Assembly (NCBI GenBank): GCA_963732575.1
Contig: CAVTAA010000006.1
Coordinates: forward strand, 64,509 to 128,508
Source of the DNA: an uncultured Bacteroidales bacterium
GTDB taxonomy: Bacteria > Bacteroidota > Bacteroidia > Bacteroidales > VadinHA17
Length of the DNA: 64,000 nucleotides
Reading direction: 5' to 3'
Position 1 is the stretch's first letter; each line of letters starts with the position of its first letter. The translations under genes were made by a program, and so were the position numbers. This document shows positions 21,087 through 29,791 of the stretch, piece by piece. The notes beneath the pieces are model-generated. The model saw only the letters and a program-made list of their open reading frames with translations, had not been told where the DNA came from and searched no databases.

Positions 21087-22238
21087 ATGAAAAGAATTGT
21101 CCCGGTCCTTCTGTTATTCCTGTTGTGCAGCTCTCAGCACATTACAGCACAAAAAGCCGGTATCAGCCTTGATAACCAGATCAGTACCTGGCTGGGAATG
21201 AATTATGTCGACAAGGTCTACTGGCAGGCAGGCGCCAGATATATACCGACATTAAACCCCTTCCTGAATCTCAACAAGAAAAGCAAAATTGATGCTGAAC
21301 TTTCTCTCAATACTTACGGTAACCTGCTATTCACCGAAGCAGACTATGACACTGTTCTTTATGACCTGAAACCTTATCGTCTATGGCTCAGATATTCTGC
21401 ATCAAACCTGGAAATAAGGGCCGGGCTTCAAAAGATTACCTTCGGTTCTGCAACGATTATGAGACCGCTGATGTGGTTTGACAATATTGACGTGAGGGAC
21501 CCGCTCCAGCTCACGGAAGGTGTCTATTCCCTGCTCGGACGCTATTATTTCAATAATAATATAAATATCTGGCTGTGGACCCTTTACGGAAACAAAAACA
21601 AAAAAGGATGGGAAGTTGTCCCCTCTGTTTATGAAATACCCGAGTTTGGCGGGAGACTGCAGCTTCCTGTGCCGAAAGGTGAAATGGGTTTTAGTTACCA
21701 TCACCGGATTGCTGATTATTCAGAATTGTATGCCGGCAACCCCCTTATCACCGAAACAGATTTTTCAGAACAGATGATAGGTCTTGACGGCAAATGGGAT
21801 ATCGGACCCGGTATATGGTTCGAGGGAGTCGTAAAACTGAATGATAAGGATAATCAGACTCTAAACAGGTGGGAGACATATTACACAATAGGCATCGACT
21901 ATACCTTTGCTATCGGCAACGGACTTAACGTTGCTTCCGAGTTTTTTCATTATTCGAACAATATCGATGATGAACAGCTGAGGGCCACACAGAACTTCTC
22001 AACACTGTCGCTGAACTACCCTCTCTTTCTTTCTCACAGTCTGTCATGCCTTGTATATTACAACTGGGACGCGGAGGAATGGTACAGGATGTTAAACCTC
22101 CAGCTTAAGTACAATTATGTAAGTTTGAACCTTATGGCATTCTGGAATCCCGATAAATTTACAATATTCACCGGAGAAAGCGACAGCAATACCTTCGCCG
22201 GGAAAGGGTTTCAGCTTATGCTTGTTGTTGACATATAA
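21087..22238 (+). CDS. Putative outer-membrane beta-barrel protein (signal peptide), unknown family
   Basis: The signal peptide is MKRIVPVLLLFLLCSSQHITAQ. The 383-aa protein is rich in alternating aromatic/polar stretches (RLWLRYSASNLEIRAGLQKITFG, ETYYTIGIDYTFAIGNGLNVASEFFHY). I recognise no family. Confidence 0.45.
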   Translation: MKRIVPVLLLFLLCSSQHITAQKAGISLDNQISTWLGMNYVDKVYWQAGARYIPTLNPFLNLNKKSKIDAELSLNTYGNLLFTEADYDTVLYDLKPYRLWLRYSASNLEIRAGLQKITFGSATIMRPLMWFDNIDVRDPLQLTEGVYSLLGRYYFNNNINIWLWTLYGNKNKKGWEVVPSVYEIPEFGGRLQLPVPKGEMGFSYHHRIADYSELYAGNPLITETDFSEQMIGLDGKWDIGPGIWFEGVVKLNDKDNQTLNRWETYYTIGIDYTFAIGNGLNVASEFFHYSNNIDDEQLRATQNFSTLSLNYPLFLSHSLSCLVYYNWDAEEWYRMLNLQLKYNYVSLNLMAFWNPDKFTIFTGESDSNTFAGKGFQLMLVVDI

Positions 22239-22254
22239 GTTAAATATCACACAA

Positions 22255-22956
22255 ATGGATAGCGAAAAGATCATCACAATTGAAGGCCTTAAGAAGCATT
22301 TCCCGATGGGCAGCGGAACATTCACCGCGCTGAACGGCATTGATCTGAATTTTGGCCGGGGTGAATTTGCCGGCATTATCGGCCCGAGTGGTTCGGGAAA
22401 GACAACCCTACTGAACATAATAGGTTCGCTTGACGTGCCGTCAGAGGGAAAAGCAGTGATCCTGAATCAGTCAGTCGGAAGCCTGAGCCCGGCAGCCTCT
22501 GCCTCACTGCGCAAAACGCAGCTTGGTTTTATTTTCCAGACATATAATCTCTTCCAGGTGTACACCGTATTTGAAAATGTGGAATTTCCTCTCCTGCTGC
22601 AGGGAATAGAAACGTCAAAGAGAAAACAGATGGTGCTCGACGCGCTTGAATGGGTCGGCCTGACGGATAAAATCAAGTCCCGCCCGGCCCAGCTCTCCGG
22701 CGGGGAGTGCCAGAGGGTGGCAATCGCCCGGGCCATGGTCAAGAAACCTGCTGTTGTCCTGGCTGATGAGCCGACAGCTAACCTTGACGCTGCCAACTCG
22801 CATCATATACTTAAAACCATGGAGAAGCTCAACCGCGAGCTTAATACAACTTTCATTTTTGCAACCCATGATGAAAAGGTGATCAGCTATGTCAGAAGGA
22901 AAATCTACCTCGCAGACGGCAGAGTGGCAAAAGATGAGATAATTGAAAAAAACTGA
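22255..22956 (+). CDS. ABC transporter ATP-binding protein, LolD/MacB-type
   Basis: Walker [11 protein letters not shown]-loop FIFQTYNL, signature [14 protein letters not shown] and Walker B VVLADEPT are present. I prefer ATG 22255 ([12 protein letters not shown]) to the TTG at 22222. Confidence 0.9.
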   Translation: MDSEKIITIEGLKKHFPMGSGTFTALNGIDLNFGRGEFAGIIGPSGSGKTTLLNIIGSLDVPSEGKAVILNQSVGSLSPAASASLRKTQLGFIFQTYNLFQVYTVFENVEFPLLLQGIETSKRKQMVLDALEWVGLTDKIKSRPAQLSGGECQRVAIARAMVKKPAVVLADEPTANLDAANSHHILKTMEKLNRELNTTFIFATHDEKVISYVRRKIYLADGRVAKDEIIEKN

Positions 22957-22971
22957 GCGGAGGACAAGAAT

Positions 22972-24144
22972 ATGCTCGCTTTTAAACTTGCACTGAGAAA
23001 CCTCCTGGGAGCAGGATTACGCACATGGCTTAATGTCATAGTACTTTCCTTCTCATTTATAATCATCATTTGGACCAAAGGACTGCTGGAAGGATGGGAC
23101 CGGCAGGCAAAGAATGATATGATCAGCTGGGAGGTGGCAGGAGGTCAGTACTGGCACCAAAACTATGACCCCTATGATCCTTTCACTCTTTCTGACAGCC
23201 ACGGACCGGTGCCGCAGGAATTATCGACCCGGGTAAGTGATTCTTCTGTTATCCCCGTACTTATCACCCAGGGAACCATTTATCCTCAGGGAAGAATGCA
23301 CTCCGTGATTATCAAAGGCATTGCGCCGGAACAGAAAGTTGTAGAGCTGCCGACTGCAATGATGAAGGCTGAGGAAGGAGAGATACCTGCAATTATTGGC
23401 AAGGCGATGGCTCAGAGTACAGGATTAAAGGTAGATGATTATGTCACGCTCAGATGGAGAGACAGGAACGGGACTTTTGATGCCACAGAGATCAGGATTG
23501 CTCACGTTTTTGAAACAACTGTACCTACAGCTGATGTTGGCCAGGTGTGGCTTCCTGTTGAAGATCTGCGCAAGATGATGCTGATGCCGGGAGAGGCGAC
23601 TTTATTCATTGCATCTGAAGACCTTGCCGGTGCTCCTGTAACGACGGAGTGGATCTATAAAGACCAGAAAACTCTGCTGTCTGACCTGGAGAAGATAATC
23701 AAATCAAAAAGCGCGGTTGGCGTTATTATCTGGGGCATTATGCTTCTGATGGCCATGCTTGCAGTATTTGATACTCAGGTTTTGTCAATCTTCAGAAGAC
23801 AGAAGGAGATAGGGACCTATGTGGCCCTCGGAATGACAAGAGGCCAGGTTGTGGGATTGTTCACACTGGAAGGAGCCATGCATTCAGTGCTTGCAGCTCT
23901 GGTAGGAGCCGTCTATGGGATCCCTCTTTTGATGCTTCAGTCTGCCAGGGGAGTCAAAATACCTCTGAGCAGCAGCGACTTCGGAATATCCATGGCTGAG
24001 AGGCTGTACCCGGTATACAGCCTGGCGCTTATTACAGGAACTGTTGCCATCGTGTTCCTCGTAACAACCCTTGTCAGTTACTGGCCGTCACGAAAAATAG
24101 CTAAAATGAATCCAACAGAAGCGTTGAGAGGGAGGATACAATGA
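22972..24144 (+). CDS. FtsX/MacB-like ABC permease (first of two)
   Basis: The 390-aa protein has an N-terminal TM helix, a large periplasmic domain and a C-terminal FtsX-type 3-TM bundle ending ..SYWPSRKIAKMNPTEALRG. Confidence 0.8.
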   Translation: MLAFKLALRNLLGAGLRTWLNVIVLSFSFIIIIWTKGLLEGWDRQAKNDMISWEVAGGQYWHQNYDPYDPFTLSDSHGPVPQELSTRVSDSSVIPVLITQGTIYPQGRMHSVIIKGIAPEQKVVELPTAMMKAEEGEIPAIIGKAMAQSTGLKVDDYVTLRWRDRNGTFDATEIRIAHVFETTVPTADVGQVWLPVEDLRKMMLMPGEATLFIASEDLAGAPVTTEWIYKDQKTLLSDLEKIIKSKSAVGVIIWGIMLLMAMLAVFDTQVLSIFRRQKEIGTYVALGMTRGQVVGLFTLEGAMHSVLAALVGAVYGIPLLMLQSARGVKIPLSSSDFGISMAERLYPVYSLALITGTVAIVFLVTTLVSYWPSRKIAKMNPTEALRGRIQ

Positions 24145-25415
24145 TCAGATTTCTCTTTAAAGGACTCATCAGGGACAAGCACAGAAGCCTTATCCCGTTT
24201 CTCGTTACCGCTTCGGGAGTAATGCTTACTGTTATATTCCACGCATGGATGACAGGAGTAATTGGCAACAGTATTGAGTTTAATGCACGCTTTTCTGCCG
24301 GGCATGTTAAAATCATGACCAGGGCGTACGCCGAAAATGCCACCCAATCACCTAACGATCTTGCCATCCTGGGAACTGACACACTCACAGGCATAATAGC
24401 ATCTAAATGGCCGGAGATGGAGTTTGCAGAGCGTATTTACTTCGCCGGCATTGTTGACGTACCCGATCAGTCGGGGGAGACAAAAGCACAGGGACCCGCT
24501 ATGGGCTTCGGGATTGACATGCTGTCAGGCAGTATGGCTGAAACGAACCGCCTCAATATCCCTTCATCGCTTAAGACCGGCAGGCTGCCGGAGAAAAATG
24601 ATGAAGTCCTTCTGAGCAAAGAATTCGCTGATAAGCTGGGCCTCAATCCCGGTGACAAGATAACACTTGTGGGCTCAAGCATGTATGGTGAACTTACAAT
24701 GCATAATTTCATTCTGAGCGGTACTGTGGAATTCGGTACCACGGCTCTTGACAGGGGTACCATCATCGCAGATATTGAAGATGTCAGAGAGGCACTTAAT
24801 ATGTATGATGCCTCTGGCGAAATACTCGGATTCTTCCGCGCAGGAACATATGATGATGAACAGGCCAGGGCAATAACAACAAGCTTCAACCAATTGTTTT
24901 CATTTGAATCAGATGAGTTCTCTCCTGTAATGAGGAGTCTGTCACAGGACAAAACAATGGGATTCCTGGTTGAATACTCCGGTAAGCTGCAGGGCCTGCT
25001 GGTTGCTGTTTTTATTATTTCCATGTCGCTCATACTGTGGAATGCAGGCCTTCTCGGAGGACTGAGAAGATACGGGGAGTTCGGAATGCGGCTGGCAATC
25101 GGTGAAGAAAAAGGTCATGTTTACAGGACAATGATGATGGAATCTTTCCTGATCGGATTGTTCGGATCAATTGCAGGTGTCGCCGGCGGGATTATAGTGG
25201 CATTGTATCTCCAAAATCACGGAGTTGACCTGGGCTTTATGATGAAGAATGCTTCCATTATGATGCCCCGCGTGTTCAGAGCACATATTACTCCTGAAAC
25301 ATGGTATATTGGTTTAATCCCAGGTTTCGTTTCAACACAGCTTGGCACTATGCTTGCAGGTATCGGTATTTATAAACGCCAGACCGCACAACTTTTTAAA
25401 GAACTTGAGGCATGA
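24141..25415 (+). CDS. FtsX/MacB-like ABC permease (second of two)
   Basis: The 424-aa protein has the same topology as the preceding gene, with a 4-nt overlap at each end. Confidence 0.8.
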   Translation: MIRFLFKGLIRDKHRSLIPFLVTASGVMLTVIFHAWMTGVIGNSIEFNARFSAGHVKIMTRAYAENATQSPNDLAILGTDTLTGIIASKWPEMEFAERIYFAGIVDVPDQSGETKAQGPAMGFGIDMLSGSMAETNRLNIPSSLKTGRLPEKNDEVLLSKEFADKLGLNPGDKITLVGSSMYGELTMHNFILSGTVEFGTTALDRGTIIADIEDVREALNMYDASGEILGFFRAGTYDDEQARAITTSFNQLFSFESDEFSPVMRSLSQDKTMGFLVEYSGKLQGLLVAVFIISMSLILWNAGLLGGLRRYGEFGMRLAIGEEKGHVYRTMMMESFLIGLFGSIAGVAGGIIVALYLQNHGVDLGFMMKNASIMMPRVFRAHITPETWYIGLIPGFVSTQLGTMLAGIGIYKRQTAQLFKELEA

Positions 25416-26155
25416 AAAAACTGATTTTCACTTTTATATTGATACTGACCGGGTTCAGCGCTGTCAATGCGCAATACCCCGATGGAAAAGCCATACTGCT
25501 GAAAATTGACCAGAACCTTTCATCGGAGAACCGCATCTTTCTTTCATCCATGATAATTCACGGACGGAGAAGCACACATACTGTGAAAATGAAAACATGG
25601 ACTGCCGGTGAGAAGAGATCATTCACTGAGTATCTTTTTCCGGCACGCGAGCAGGGAACCAAGATGCTGAAGCTTGAAGACCAGATGTGGATCTACTCTC
25701 CGGAAGCCGACCGGATAATTCAGATCGCCGGGCACATGCTGCGCCAGTCGGTAATGGGTTCTGATCTCTCCTATGAGGACCTCATGGAAGACAGCAGGCT
25801 GACAGACCGTTACAACGCAGAAGTGACCGGGACAGAAACTGTTGACGGACGAATCTGCTGGGTTGTTGACCTTAAGGCTTTCGTGCCTGAGATTGCATAC
25901 CAGGGAATGAAAATATGGGTAGACCAGGATCGGAATATTCCTCTTCGCGAAGAGATGTACGCCAAAAGCGGAACACTGCTTAAACGGACCGAACTTTCAA
26001 ATGTTGAACTCATAAACAAGCGGTGGTACCCGAAAAAGATCCTCTTCAAGGATATGCTTAAAGAAGGAATGGGTACTGAGCTGATTGTTGAAGATATTCA
26101 GTTCAATGTGCCTATCGCTGACCACATCTTTTCAAAGGCCAGCCTCAAGAAATAG
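25412..26155 (+). CDS. LolA-like outer membrane lipoprotein-sorting protein family
   Basis: The protein has a signal peptide and a body (..KMKTWTAGEKRSFTEYLFPAREQGTKMLKLEDQMWIYSPEADRIIQI..MGSDLSYEDL..) typical of the LolA_like / outer membrane lipoprotein-sorting proteins that accompany FtsX-type ABC systems. Confidence 0.8.
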   Translation: MKKLIFTFILILTGFSAVNAQYPDGKAILLKIDQNLSSENRIFLSSMIIHGRRSTHTVKMKTWTAGEKRSFTEYLFPAREQGTKMLKLEDQMWIYSPEADRIIQIAGHMLRQSVMGSDLSYEDLMEDSRLTDRYNAEVTGTETVDGRICWVVDLKAFVPEIAYQGMKIWVDQDRNIPLREEMYAKSGTLLKRTELSNVELINKRWYPKKILFKDMLKEGMGTELIVEDIQFNVPIADHIFSKASLKK

Positions 26156-26255
26156 CAAGGGGCATAGAGCAAGGAGCAAGGAGCAAGGAGTAAAGGGCAA
26201 GGAGCCAGACAAGGAACCCTCCTTTGCCAAGGCTTCGGAGGACAAGGCAAGGAAC
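26154..26255. repeat. Imperfect tandem heptamer array, consensus AGCAAGG, in a convergent intergenic gap
   Basis: Units start at 26154, 26161, 26168, 26175, 26182, 26189, 26196, 26203 and 26210. The exact AGCAAGG occurs at 26154, 26168, 26175 and 26182, and GGCAAGG at 26196. More CAAGG copies follow up to about 26253. Confidence 0.6.
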
Positions 26256-26256
26256 A

Positions 26257-27183
26257 TTATTGTTTTTTGTCAACCGGTGCTGAAAGTGGCTTTGACTGAA
26301 TATAGGTTACTGAACTGTCAGTACTAAGGGTCAGGTCAAAGCAGACACCTTCCTCCGTCTCACCCTTAAGAAAATATGCCAGCCACGGGATAAGATACCT
26401 GGTCAGAATACGAAGCTGCTCCTCCCCGCTGATGCCAGGTGTGCAGCGTGCCATCTTTTCTCCCGTTATACACTTTGGATGACTGACACCCATCTGACAA
26501 TGTGTGCCTCCGGTAATCAGTATATATGTTTTATCAGGACTGGCGGAAGCGTTGTATAAAGGAACCTGATGCTTTTCTGCCGGTGTAATGCAGTCATTGC
26601 TGCCGGCAATGATGAGAGTGGGAGCTGTCACTGAGGCTGCTGCCCTGATGGAAGAAGTTCTGGTCTCAAGTGGCGCCAGGCCAACAACTGCGTCGATGTC
26701 CGTATTCATTTCTGCCCCGAGAAACAGTGAACCCCCTCCCATGCTGTGACCCATCAGGCACTTTGCAGTATCAATGCGGTTATACAAAAAGAACGAACTG
26801 TCAGTCCCAAGCCTGCTGATCTCATCCAATGCGAAACATAAATCTTCACCAAGAGTTTTATGAGACGGAAACAACCCGTCCTCACTGTTCGGAAATACCA
26901 ATATATATCCCTGTGGTACAAGAATATCGACAATATGCTGATACCAGACTCCCGACAGAAGATAACCATGGCCAAAACATATAAGCGGATACTTTTCATT
27001 ATTCCGCACTGTATTTGAACTGCTGTCTCCAATGTTCATTTCAGGATAAAAGATCTCCACGGGTATTTTCCGGTTTCTGCGTGAGGTATCCTTAAGAGTA
27101 ATTGAAGAGTGGCCTGCATTGTAACCCTGCGAGGCAATATCCGCGCAGAAAAGCATCGCAGCAATTAGAAATAATCCTCTCAT
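26257..27183 (-). CDS. Secreted alpha/beta hydrolase, dienelactone-hydrolase/cutinase (PETase-like) type
   Basis: This is an intact 308-aa ORF with signal peptide MRGLFLIAAMLFCADIASQ. The nucleophile elbow is MGHSMGGGSLF. VTAPTLIIAGSNDCITP supplies the Asp and ITGGTHCQ supplies the His. The protein is colinear with polyesterase/cutinase-like enzymes. Confidence 0.8.
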   Translation of the reverse strand: MRGLFLIAAMLFCADIASQGYNAGHSSITLKDTSRRNRKIPVEIFYPEMNIGDSSSNTVRNNEKYPLICFGHGYLLSGVWYQHIVDILVPQGYILVFPNSEDGLFPSHKTLGEDLCFALDEISRLGTDSSFFLYNRIDTAKCLMGHSMGGGSLFLGAEMNTDIDAVVGLAPLETRTSSIRAAASVTAPTLIIAGSNDCITPAEKHQVPLYNASASPDKTYILITGGTHCQMGVSHPKCITGEKMARCTPGISGEEQLRILTRYLIPWLAYFLKGETEEGVCFDLTLSTDSSVTYIQSKPLSAPVDKKQ

Positions 27184-27274
27184 AAGTTCATTTACCCGCC
27201 TAATTTAGCCAATAAAATATCCGTTTGAAAGTCATACCTTCTGATTTCAATATTTTACTTGTCAAAATGATCGT

Positions 27275-27282
27275 TACATTTG
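27275..27282 (+). promoter_or_regulatory. Candidate Bacteroidota -7 promoter box (TAnnTTTG)
   Basis: TACATTTG at 27275-27282 ends 18 nt upstream of ATG 27301. I see no clear -33 TTTG element. Confidence 0.3.
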
Positions 27283-27300
27283 ATTGAATTTACATAAACC

Positions 27301-28276
27301 ATGAAAATTGCTGTTACCGGCGCTTCAGGGCATGTGGGCGCCAACCTGTGCAGATTGCTGATTGACCAGGGTCATGAGGTTAAAGCTCTGATACACAATA
27401 GCACAAAAGGCATTGAGGATCTTGGTCTCGAATTTGTTCACGGTGAAATTAACAGTGAAGCTGATCTCAGAAAACTCTGTTCAGGCTGTGAAATAGTATT
27501 TCATCTTGCGGCTTGCATCAGCATCAGGAAAAACGATAATAATTGCCGGAAAATAAATACAGACAGTTGTGTTACCCTGCTCAAAGCAGCAAAGGCTGAA
27601 GGGGTCAGAAAAATAATTCATTTCAGTTCAATACATGCCTATGACCAGGAGCCTCTTGACATTGAACTGGATGAAACACGAAGCCTTGCCCTGGAAGGCG
27701 GGGCATCATATGAAAGATCAAAAGCTCTGGGGCAGAAGATAATGATTGAGGCATCATCACCCGGGCTTGAGGTGGTTGTGCTTAAATCCGACAGCAATAA
27801 TAGGACCTAATGATTTTCAGCCATCCCTGCTCGGTAATGCAATCATCAGGTTCTTCAAAGGCCAGAACCCGAGCCTGCTGCCCGGTGGATATAACTGGGT
27901 TGACGTCAGGGATGTATGCACTGCCGCAATAAATGCCATAGAACTGGGTGTTCCGGGAGAAAGTTATTTACTTGGAGGAAGCTGGCAAAGCCTGAAGACA
28001 ATGGCTGCAACAATTGAAAAACTTGGAGGTCATAAAGCTCCGTGGCTATGTCTGCCGATGTCAATAGCGTATCTTGGCGCGATATTTCTGAACCTCCATG
28101 CCACCGTCACAAAGAGTGTTCCGTTATATACTGCAATGTCGCTTGAAACACTGAAGCAAGGACACAGGAATATCTCAAGCAGAAAGGCGACGAAGGCTCT
28201 TGGCTTCTCACCACGTCCTTTTGAAGAGACCATGGCAGATACATTAAACTGGTTTAAGGAAAACAAATATATCTAA
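27301..28276 (+). pseudogene. NAD-dependent epimerase/dehydratase (dihydroflavonol-4-reductase-like SDR), one frameshift
   Basis: MKIAVTGASGHVGANLCRLL is a Rossmann motif. Fragments 27301..27810 and 27746..28276 join as ..GLEVVVLNPTAIIGPND.. if one A is removed from AAA at 27784-27786. Confidence 0.8.
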
Positions 28277-29038
28277 TGGATAAACCAACTTTCGATCTCC
28301 TGGTATGGATATGGACAGTCATTGCCCTTATCATCTTCCTCGTTCTTCTGTTCGTGACAGCTCCTTACGGGAGGCACTCGAACAAAAACTGGGGAATCAA
28401 CCATCCCCGACAGGATCGGATGGTTCATCATGGAAGTCCCGGCCCTGATAGTTTTCCTTTCTTTTATTTTTACCGGAACTGCTGAGAAAACAGTGACAGT
28501 CTGGATCATAGCACTCTTTATATGTTGCTCACTATCTCAACAGGGCTGTGATCTTTCCCTGGCGGATACGGGTCACCGGCAAGCAGATGCCTCTGATGAT
28601 AGCGCTCATGGCTGTCTTCTTCAATTTGGTTAATGCCGGCTTCCTTGGTTACTATGCAGGTTCAATTACATACCCATTTTACAACAGGCTGGCTAAGAGA
28701 TCCGCGCTTCATCGCCGGGCTGATTATCTTTATTACAGGAATGGCAATAAACATCTCCTCCGATGAGAAGCTGATCCACCTCAGGAAGAAAAGAAACGGT
28801 GACTACCAGATACCGCGCGGAGGATACTTCGAAAAGGTCTCATGTCCGAACTTCTTCGGAGAGATAATCGAATGGGGCGGATACGCCATCCTTTGCTGGT
28901 CTCTGCCGGCGTTTTCCTTTTTCATCTGGACCTTCTGCAACCTGGTGCCGCGTGCACTTGCACATCACAAATGGTACAAGAGCCGGTTTGCCGATTATCC
29001 TAAGGAGACGAAAAGCCATTTTTCCTTATATTTTGTAA
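28276..29038 (+). pseudogene. 3-oxo-5-alpha-steroid 4-dehydrogenase (steroid 5-alpha-reductase/DUF1295-like) membrane protein, at least 4 frameshifts
   Basis: Four overlapping fragments cover the gene. YQIPRGGYFEKVSCPNFFGEIIEWGGYAI..HHKWYKSRFADYPKE is the family C-terminal signature. The predicted true end ..KAIFPYIL lies at TAA 29036-29038. Confidence 0.75.
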
Positions 29039-29062
29039 ATTTAACGGTACATAATTTCAATC

Positions 29063-29786
29063 GTGAAAAACTTTGAGTTCAGAGTTACCAGTCCAGGTTT
29101 TTATGGCTTGCCGTTTTCGCCGTGGCAATGGGCTTCCTGGAAGGTATTGTTGTTATTTACCTCCGGGAATTATATTATCCTCAGGGATTTGATTTTCCGC
29201 TTAAGCTGATGTCGCCTGAGCTGGTCCGTATCGAATGGATCAGGGAGATCTCGACACTGATCATGCTGGCGGCAGTGGGCATCATCGCAGGCAGAAACAA
29301 TCTCCAGAGACTACTGTATTTCCTTGTTTGCATTCGGAGTCTGGGACATCTTTTATTACGTCGCTCTGAAGCATCTGATTGGCTGGCCGGCTTCCCTCCT
29401 CACCTGGGATCTGCTTTTCCTGATTCCATGGTCATGGCTGGGACCTGTTCTGGCTCCGGTAATATGTTCGCGTGACAATGATTTTCGATGGCAGTGTTGA
29501 TAATCAGGAAGAGAGGAAAAAGGTTTTCCAGTTAAACCACAGCCGATTGACTGGATACTGATTATCAGCGGTGCTGCAATTATCTTCTACACCTTTCTGA
29601 TTGATTATCTGAAACTGATCATCGACAGCGGCGTACTTGCCTCAGAGAAACTCACCTGATGCAAGGGACCAGTTGCATTAAAATGATAACAAATTATGTT
29701 CCGGACAGCGTATAACTGGCTGCTCTTCGTAACCGGAGAATTGATTATTATTGCCACTACACTGAAAATACTAATTCAAACATAAT
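29063..29786 (+). pseudogene. Hypothetical multi-pass membrane protein, fragmented
   Basis: Hydrophobic segments lie in shifting frames (..LWLAVFAVAMGFLEGIVVIYLREL.., ..FAFGVWDIFYYVALKHLIGWPASLLTWDLLFLIPWSWLGPVLAPV.., ..NWLLFVTGELIIIATTLKIL..). The boundaries are approximate. Confidence 0.4.
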
Positions 29787-29791
29787 AAAAG

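Noticed and set aside
26154-26255. A CRISPR array or minisatellite-encoded peptide (ORF 26085..26327 reads through the repeat).
   Set aside because: The repeat unit is only 7 nt, has no spacers and has no cas genes nearby. The ORF begins inside the LolA-like gene in another frame and lacks any coding signature.
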